The notes beneath the pieces are model-generated. The model was not told where the DNA came from. It saw only the letters and a program-made list of their open reading frames with translations, and made no database searches. Below, in pieces: positions 16,862-23,082 of a DNA stretch of 30,802 nt (position 1 is the stretch's first letter; each line of letters begins with the position of its first letter). A program made the translations under genes and the position numbers. Source of the DNA: a virus (taxonomy: Duplodnaviria > Caudoviricetes); the IMG/VR virus record IMGVR_UViG_3300002098_000114, positions 1 to 30,802 of that record; one strand, given 5' to 3'.

Positions 16862-17086
16862 CTATGCCGCCGGTGGAGGCGTTACAGGCGCTTCTGGGGC
16901 TGGCTGGGGGGCTTCTGCGACTGGCGCTGGATCGGCTTTTGCTTGCTTTGCTTTGAGTGTTGCGACTTGAGGATCGGCGTCGAGGGTCACGACGTCGCCT
17001 GGATTGACGACCAGCGTTGAACCGTCGGCGGCGGCCAACGAAGGGAACACCGTTCGCTCGTCACCTGTAAACTTGAAGTCTGCCAT
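16862..17086 (-). CDS. Small virion-module protein with a Pro/Ala-rich tail
   Basis: 74 aa; AGGAG SD. Confidence 0.7.
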   Translation of the reverse strand: MADFKFTGDERTVFPSLAAADGSTLVVNPGDVVTLDADPQVATLKAKQAKADPAPVAEAPQPAPEAPVTPPPAA

Positions 17087-17095
17087 GTGTTTCTC

Positions 17096-17614
17096 CTAAG
17101 AGTCGATTATCTCAACGACTTTCGTTCTGATCGTAGCGTAGACCTGCGACACTTGACCGCTACCCTTCAGCGTTCGTGGATAGAGAGCGTCAACTTCAAT
17201 ATCGGGGCTTCCAGGGAACGAACCTTCGCCCCATTGAAAGATCACCGACGGATTGCCTGCGTTGCGATCTGCTCGAATGTAGGCAACCATCTCGTCGAGG
17301 AAGGTGTCGCTGTCGGCTCCGGCTGTTTCAGACTGAGGTGCCATAGACCGAATGAAACAGTCCATCATGAGATCGTATTCAATAACCTTGCGACCATGAT
17401 GCGGCCCACCTAATGCCGCTCGGGTTTCGTGCTGGCGTCCGATGTAAAGAAACAACACCGCTCCGGTTGTGTGACCAGGATCTTGACCCTCAAAGAAGTC
17501 GCCTTCTGGCGTGAACTTCGCAGGGTGCGAATAGACGTTGCTCAGGAATGAGATGTGCGAAGTGGCCGGTGCGAGGTAGGAAGCCACCGCCGCTCGGACT
17601 GTGGCTCTGCTCAT
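17096..17614 (-). CDS. Tail terminator / head-tail joining protein (putative)
   Basis: ATG at 17614 (MSRATVRAAVASYL) in an ATGA overlap; position before the tail tube. Confidence 0.65.
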   Translation of the reverse strand: MSRATVRAAVASYLAPATSHISFLSNVYSHPAKFTPEGDFFEGQDPGHTTGAVLFLYIGRQHETRAALGGPHHGRKVIEYDLMMDCFIRSMAPQSETAGADSDTFLDEMVAYIRADRNAGNPSVIFQWGEGSFPGSPDIEVDALYPRTLKGSGQVSQVYATIRTKVVEIIDS

Positions 17615-17697
17615 GGTCGTCGAGTAGTCAGGAATCCGAGAACACAAACGCCACAGGCGACGCTCAGGATAATAATGTTGATCGTGGAGTGTTTCAT
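17611..17697 (-). CDS. 28-aa hydrophobic micro-protein, absent from the ORF track
   Basis: MKHSTINIIILSVACGVCVLGFLTTRRP; start overlaps the upstream stop (TAATG) and stop overlaps the downstream start (ATGA). Confidence 0.65.
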   Translation of the reverse strand: MKHSTINIIILSVACGVCVLGFLTTRRP

Positions 17698-18617
17698 TAG
17701 GTACGACCCCAGACCTGGAGGAATGCGTGGAGAAGATCACGCGCTCTGGCAAGGTCGCTCGACGATGTGATGTCGTTGCTGGTTGCCGCCGTTGGCGCTC
17801 CTACTTCAGCGATGACCAACCCACCTTCACCACGTTGTTTGATTGCCGCAACGACCAAGTGAATGACTGCTTGCTTGACGCTTGCCGGTAGTGCTGAGAC
17901 GTTCACGGCTGATGCGTGAGCATAAGTGAGAGCGGTGTTGATTGGCAGGGTCGTTGAGGTGCCGTTCCATGAGGAAGCGATCATGACTGTCTCGGTGCTT
18001 GAACCGTCCCAGATCGTGAGGGGTTGTCCGGCGTAGATCCCCGTGATGCTGGCGACCTGAATCGAGGTGGCAGATGCTGAGGCGGAGGCGGCGAGCGTTG
18101 TGTTGGCGAAGCCGTTGACGTAGGTATAGGTGCAGAACTGCGCTTGGTTTGTGTATCCCATTGAGCCGAAGTCCAACGGGCCGACGGTGGTGAGTGTTGA
18201 AGCGTTTGCCGTAACGGTGAACTGACGTGACTCGACCCAACAGTTCGACGATGAGACCGTGATTGGAGTTTGAGCGGCTGGCAGAGAACCGATAGCAAAC
18301 GAGTCAACTTCGAGGATCGGCCAGTAAGCAGGGTGGACAACAATGAAGCCTTGACGGTTTGCTCGATAGCGTCCTTGCTCGGTGTTGATCGTGGCGCAGA
18401 GTGTTCCAGTAGCGCCGAGACAGATGTTGTCGGCTTGCGCTGAGGCCATGTAGATCAGTTGCTGAATGGCGGCTGTCTGTGCGGCGGCGTCGCCACCTGG
18501 AATCAGGTTTGTGAGATCGACGCTTGAAGCGATGGGTGAGTTCTTGACCTCATTGACCGTGACGTAGGGGACTCGGTTGTCGTAGGTGATGTTTGCTGGA
18601 TTGACCGAGGGACTCAT
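17697..18617 (-). CDS. Head-to-tail adaptor-like protein with inserted beta domains
   Basis: N-terminal PYVTVNEVK..LIYMASAQADNIC and C-terminal LPASVKQAVIHLV adaptor-like helices flanking a beta-rich middle. Confidence 0.7.
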   Translation of the reverse strand: MSPSVNPANITYDNRVPYVTVNEVKNSPIASSVDLTNLIPGGDAAAQTAAIQQLIYMASAQADNICLGATGTLCATINTEQGRYRANRQGFIVVHPAYWPILEVDSFAIGSLPAAQTPITVSSSNCWVESRQFTVTANASTLTTVGPLDFGSMGYTNQAQFCTYTYVNGFANTTLAASASASATSIQVASITGIYAGQPLTIWDGSSTETVMIASSWNGTSTTLPINTALTYAHASAVNVSALPASVKQAVIHLVVAAIKQRGEGGLVIAEVGAPTAATSNDITSSSDLARARDLLHAFLQVWGRT

Positions 18618-18868
18618 ATTGCTTTCATTTCTGTTCCGTCACAACGACCACAATGGTCTGAGAGGAGCGCGATGAATCCGCAGTCCTGGCACTCGTATCC
18701 TCTTGCCGTCTTGAACGTGGTGCCGACGGTTATGAAGTCACCCGACTTACGCATGAGTGCGGCGGTGTTTGCTCCGACGTGGAACGTGCCGTCACCTGAG
18801 CGACGAACGACAGAATCGCCGATCCCCACCTCTACGTTTCCCTCTGTGGGGCCAAGTAATCGAGGCAT
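18614..18868 (-). CDS. Small protein with a C-terminal Zn ribbon (CxxC ... CxxC)
   Basis: ECQDCGF..HCGRCDG; GAAGGAG SD; ATGA coupling to the adaptor. Confidence 0.75.
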   Translation of the reverse strand: MPRLLGPTEGNVEVGIGDSVVRRSGDGTFHVGANTAALMRKSGDFITVGTTFKTARGYECQDCGFIALLSDHCGRCDGTEMKAI

Positions 18869-18920
18869 GAGATCGGCGACTCCTTCTGTCGTTTGTAGTT
18901 TCGTTTCTTAGATAAGCAGG

Positions 18921-18997
18921 CCAGCCGGAGCAGAGGGTCGCGTTGTATGGAGACAACCGCAGGGAGCGCGGGTGCGACTTCTCTCTGCCCCGACTAG
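18921..18997 (-). ncRNA. Structured intergenic RNA element (15-bp stem + three-way junction) after the major capsid gene
   Basis: CUAGUCGGGGCAGAG pairs with CUCUGCUCCGGCUGG using 3 G-U pairs valid only on the minus strand; inner GUCGC/GCGAC stem and two hairpins with CUCC loops. Confidence 0.55.
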
Positions 18998-19007
18998 CGA
19001 ACTAATC

Positions 19008-20702
19008 CTAACCGGTGATTCCGGTGATGGCTCCTGACCATGCTGGCGCACGATGAAGCATCGTGTTGAGCATGTAGGTCGATGAGTCATAACTCATTTG
19101 GATTTGTGGCCAGTCAAGAACCATCATGTCTTGGACAGATGCAACTTGAGTGGTTTCCGCAACGCCCGAGTCTGGGAATGGAAGCGTCTTGCTCCACACC
19201 AATGCGACACCGGCTGGTGCGTAAGGGTGTGCAATCAAGTCGACAAGTTTCCCAGTCGTTTCGTTGGCGAGAGCCGAGACGACAGAACCGATGGTCACGC
19301 CATCTGCTCCGGCTTCAAGGTTCAAGCGGTAACCGGTCTGGCTTCCCGATGCTTGTTGCTGAATGTTCTTCGCAAGCGTCCGACGGATACTTGGAGAAAC
19401 GAGCAGGACATCTGGGTCGGCCAACACGCTTGAGAACAAAGACGCGAAGGCGTCCTGGAACTCTGCGCCAGGCTCGGACGTTGAGAGCGCACCATTGAGT
19501 CGCTTCGTGTATCCGGCTGTTGACGGGTCGGTGTAGGCGGCGATCAAGCCGTCGTAGCCAACTGTGCTGGCTGAACCGTCTGCCGCAGGTGCCGTGAATG
19601 AACCCGTACCAGGGACAAGAACGGTAGCCGAAGATCCGACCACAGTTGTCTTGTTTGTGTAGGTTCCACTTGTGGTTCCCGAGTAGATGTTCCAGGCGAT
19701 CACGTTGGCGGCGAGTGCCGTTGGCGCGGTGATCGTGACCGAGTTGTTCGATCCTGAAACGGCTCGTGAGCCTTCTGCTGAGGCGACTGATTCGCCGAAG
19801 GAAGATGACACGGTGATCTTGTAATACATCGTGTCGGTTCCACCAACGAAAGTTCCACCTGTGGTTGTAGCGGCGGCTGACGTGTATGAGCCAACTGTCG
19901 GTGCGGCGAGCGCTCCGAGGTAGCCGGTTCCAACGCCTCGTCCGTTCAGCAAGTTCCTTTCTTCACCGAGCATTGTTGCCCAGAGAAGTGCGGTGTGGCT
20001 GAGTTGGCGAAGGTCGGTGTAGCCCTGTCCAGAGAACTGAGCAGACATGTTGACTTCATCGCTGACACCCGATTCGACATACGAGACGACTTTTTTGTCG
20101 GCGGCGTAGGCGATCTTCGGTGGTCGTTGCAGGTAGGTGCTTGAGCCAGAGCCACCGAACGGGCCGTTGTTTGCTGACGCAGAGTTGAAGAAGATGCTCT
20201 GGTTGGCGACTCCTCCGGTTGCTGAGTTAGAAACGCCGGTGATTCGACGGAACTCTTTTGCCTGACCGATTCCACCGATGCGGCTGATCGAGTTACGCAA
20301 GATGAACGAGCGTGGTACGAGGAGCGCAAGCGCGGGGTCGAGGTCATAGGGAACAAGTCCGGTGACGCCAGAGGTGCTGTTGTTCAACGGATTCGTGAGC
20401 GTCCAGTCCTTCTGAATGTCGGCGAGACGGTCAAGCGCGTTCTGTACGTCGGCAACTTGGTCAGGCCCCATAGCCTTTGTGGTCATTTCGGCACGGAATG
20501 ATTCAATGTCCATCTGAGGAGCGACGGCAGTTTTTACGATGCCTTCTCCACGAACGAACTGAGTTTCTCCGCGTGATGCGGCTACGAGTGCTTTCGAGTG
20601 ACACGCTGAGAGCGCGCTCTTGTAAGCCTCGAAGCGGTCAAGTCGCTGGTCGGCAGGAATGCCACCGAACAGGTCGTCGATGCGAGGTGCTTGCATAGAC
20701 AT
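19008..20702 (-). CDS. Major capsid protein with an inserted Ig/FN3-like domain
   Basis: Follows the protease/scaffold; GLVPYDL..LRNSISRIGGIG..EERNLLNG..DVLLVSPSIRR capsid-like segments; strong SD. Confidence 0.82.
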   Translation of the reverse strand: MSMQAPRIDDLFGGIPADQRLDRFEAYKSALSACHSKALVAASRGETQFVRGEGIVKTAVAPQMDIESFRAEMTTKAMGPDQVADVQNALDRLADIQKDWTLTNPLNNSTSGVTGLVPYDLDPALALLVPRSFILRNSISRIGGIGQAKEFRRITGVSNSATGGVANQSIFFNSASANNGPFGGSGSSTYLQRPPKIAYAADKKVVSYVESGVSDEVNMSAQFSGQGYTDLRQLSHTALLWATMLGEERNLLNGRGVGTGYLGALAAPTVGSYTSAAATTTGGTFVGGTDTMYYKITVSSSFGESVASAEGSRAVSGSNNSVTITAPTALAANVIAWNIYSGTTSGTYTNKTTVVGSSATVLVPGTGSFTAPAADGSASTVGYDGLIAAYTDPSTAGYTKRLNGALSTSEPGAEFQDAFASLFSSVLADPDVLLVSPSIRRTLAKNIQQQASGSQTGYRLNLEAGADGVTIGSVVSALANETTGKLVDLIAHPYAPAGVALVWSKTLPFPDSGVAETTQVASVQDMMVLDWPQIQMSYDSSTYMLNTMLHRAPAWSGAITGITG

Positions 20703-20732
20703 TTGATTGTCCTTCTTTCTTGAGAGTAGGTG

Positions 20733-22211
20733 TTATGCGCCGAGGATTTCGGCGGCTGATTTGGCAAGGCTGTCGGCTTTGCTGAGGTACTTGACCTTCA
20801 ACTCTGCGTCTGTGACTTCCCGAGCAACCTGGCGGAGACGTTCTGCCTCTGCCGTCAATCGCTCAGCGTCTAATGCCTTAGATGACTGAGCATGCGTTCT
20901 GGTGATTGCAGGCCCACCAGGAGCCGCCATTTCTTTGATGCGCTCCAACTCAGCCTTCAGGAAGTCAACTTCCTCTCGCTGAGCCGCTTTAGCGATCTCG
21001 GTTACGGATTCTGCGAAGTCCTCAAAGCCTAACGCTTTGCGGATCTCGTCTCGAAGTGCGGTGACTGATTCTTCGTCGCCAGTCTTTGCCGCTTTGATCG
21101 TGTCGGGTGAAACACCCATAGCAACGTATGCCATTTCATTCTCCTTGTCGTCGTAATCTTCTTCCCACTCAACGAACGGCGCTGGTGTTTCGCCTTCGCT
21201 GGCTTCGCCTGTCCACCAGTCGAGGAATGTCTTGAGCGAGATGAGGAGGTCGCGAACGTCGCACACCTCGTCCTCCATGCCGCTATCAATCTCGTCGAGT
21301 TCGGCTTTGATAAGAGCGATGAGTGAACGTCGGACTGCCATGAGGTCGGCGGCGTTGTGCTCTACCTTTTCGACTTCAGGGATTAGTGCGAGGATCTGAG
21401 TTGGCAGGCTCTCTCTAATCTCGTCGGCCTTTACGGTTTCAGGTGCGGCGTCCTTATCCTCGGAGTCCACGATCTCATTCGGTGCGATGCCAGCCTCGGC
21501 AGGCTCGGCGTCGACGCGTCCGGTGCCTCCGCAGTTCTGGCACTCAGCGCCGGTCTCAGGGTACTTGCCAAGTCCGTCGCAGACGGAGCATTGGTAGTCC
21601 TCTGGGTACATCGCTGGATCTTTTGTCTGTCCTTCTCCGGCGTCCCACTCGGCTTCGACGGCATCTCCCGATTCGGTGATCGCGTCTTTCGAGATGTCGT
21701 CAATCTTCGTGATGAACTCAGTCGAATCAACCGAGGACTCAACTGCTTTCCAAGTTCCATTCACGCTCTTGGCGATGTTGGCGATTGCGGTTGGGTTGCA
21801 TGGGCGATCAACGTAGGAGACTTCAACGATGGTGCCACCAACTATGCGGCCACCTTTCGCCACGTCATCGTGAACGACTTTTGCGCCTTTGATTCCGATG
21901 CTGTAACCCTTGAGCGCACCGGCTTCAATCTTCCTTGCCGTGTTGTCGTCAACAACCTGTGACTTCAAGAACCAGTCATCACCTTCAGCGTTCAACTCAA
22001 CTCCGATGCCTGCGGCGATTGGCTGGTGCATCTCTCGCACGTTGCCAAACTTGAACCATTCTGGGACGGCAGTTTTGAGCCATGACTCGTCGCAGACTTG
22101 CTCGTCGAGGTCGAGGTCGGGGCCTGTCGCTTTGCCATAGACCATCAGCGAACCATCTTCGTCTTGCGTCTTTACGATGTCTCCGGCGTATGCGTAGGTG
22201 ATGTTGCTCAT
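20733..22211 (-). CDS. Prohead maturation protease fused to an acidic scaffold-like region
   Basis: VYGKATGPDLDLDEQ..NVREMH..KGYSIG..EVSYVDRPCNP HK97-type protease motifs; AGGAGG SD; acidic coiled C-terminus. Confidence 0.88.
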   Translation of the reverse strand: MSNITYAYAGDIVKTQDEDGSLMVYGKATGPDLDLDEQVCDESWLKTAVPEWFKFGNVREMHQPIAAGIGVELNAEGDDWFLKSQVVDDNTARKIEAGALKGYSIGIKGAKVVHDDVAKGGRIVGGTIVEVSYVDRPCNPTAIANIAKSVNGTWKAVESSVDSTEFITKIDDISKDAITESGDAVEAEWDAGEGQTKDPAMYPEDYQCSVCDGLGKYPETGAECQNCGGTGRVDAEPAEAGIAPNEIVDSEDKDAAPETVKADEIRESLPTQILALIPEVEKVEHNAADLMAVRRSLIALIKAELDEIDSGMEDEVCDVRDLLISLKTFLDWWTGEASEGETPAPFVEWEEDYDDKENEMAYVAMGVSPDTIKAAKTGDEESVTALRDEIRKALGFEDFAESVTEIAKAAQREEVDFLKAELERIKEMAAPGGPAITRTHAQSSKALDAERLTAEAERLRQVAREVTDAELKVKYLSKADSLAKSAAEILGA

Positions 22212-22302
22212 GTGTTGTCTGTCCTCCTGAGTGAACCTGTGAGAATCGTAGTGTCTGCGCGTGAGACTTCGGCGCTAGGTCGTCGCGTCATTTTTGTTGG
22301 AG

Positions 22303-23082
22303 TTACTTTTCGCTCTGTGTTGCTTCACCTGAGCCGACGATGGAGCACCGGCAGTTCGGGTGGTCGGGTGGTTGGTCGGAGTCCATATCCCAGGGGTTGT
22401 TGTCCTCAAGGTCTAAGCATTCTTCACACGCTCCGTCGTAAGCAAGCCAATCGAACTGACTGAATCCCATCTCTTGAAGTTGATCTGAGGTGGCGTCGGT
22501 CTGTGCTCGGTTGGCTTCGGTGGTGGCGATCATCTCGGCTCGCGCTGGATCTCCGACGTAATCTCTCATCTCTCTTGCGATGTCATTCGGGCCATTACCG
22601 GCGGCAAGACCTTCCGAGAGAATGTTGCCGAGCCGATTCATGGTGGTGTCGTTGATGCCTTTGATCGTGAGGTTCACTTGGTCGAGCAAGTCTTTGAGTC
22701 CACCGTCTGCGGTCTTGAGTGCGGCTTCGGTGTCACCTGGTTTCCATGTGTCCCAGTTGATGCCAGAACTCAACGTCGAGGTCGGGCCGATCTGTTGGAT
22801 TCCGATGTCAGGGTGTGAGTCTCCAGCCGCTTTGATGCCGGACAGATAACCGTCGGCGGTGATTGAGCGCAGAACCGATTGCATTGGGGCTGGGTCATAG
22901 GTGATGTTCTGAACCGCCGCTATTGCTTTGCTCGGTGATTGAGCGTGGTGGATTGACGAGAGAAAGTCTGTCTGTTTGTAACCGGCGCTGAGTGCTTTTG
23001 ATATGAGCGGAGCGTAGTGAGCAACGATCTTGTCTAGTCGGTCTGCTCCTGGTAACTCACTCGGCGACCTGCGCTTCTTGTC
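22303..23082 (-). CDS. MuF / SPP1-gp7-like minor head protein; frame open from the portal slippery site (first ATG only at 22884)
   Basis: RAEMIATTEANRA..W..ACEEC..PPDHPNCRC MuF motifs; frame open from 23100 with no start codon until 22884, and that ATG lacks an SD. Confidence 0.85.
   Translation of the reverse strand, partial: DKKRRSPSELPGADRLDKIVAHYAPLISKALSAGYKQTDFLSSIHHAQSPSKAIAAVQNITYDPAPMQSVLRSITADGYLSGIKAAGDSHPDIGIQQIGPTSTLSSGINWDTWKPGDTEAALKTADGGLKDLLDQVNLTIKGINDTTMNRLGNILSEGLAAGNGPNDIAREMRDYVGDPARAEMIATTEANRAQTDATSDQLQEMGFSQFDWLAYDGACEECLDLEDNNPWDMDSDQPPDHPNCRCSIVGSGEATQSEK

Noticed and set aside
4559-19009. 12-mer CGAACTAATCCT at 4559 and 18998
   Set aside because: Exact 12-mer repeats are expected by chance in 30 kb, and the contexts are unrelated
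18998-19010. Stop-codon readthrough of the capsid gene stimulated by the downstream stem
   Set aside because: A second in-frame TAG follows one codon later (TAG GAT TAG)
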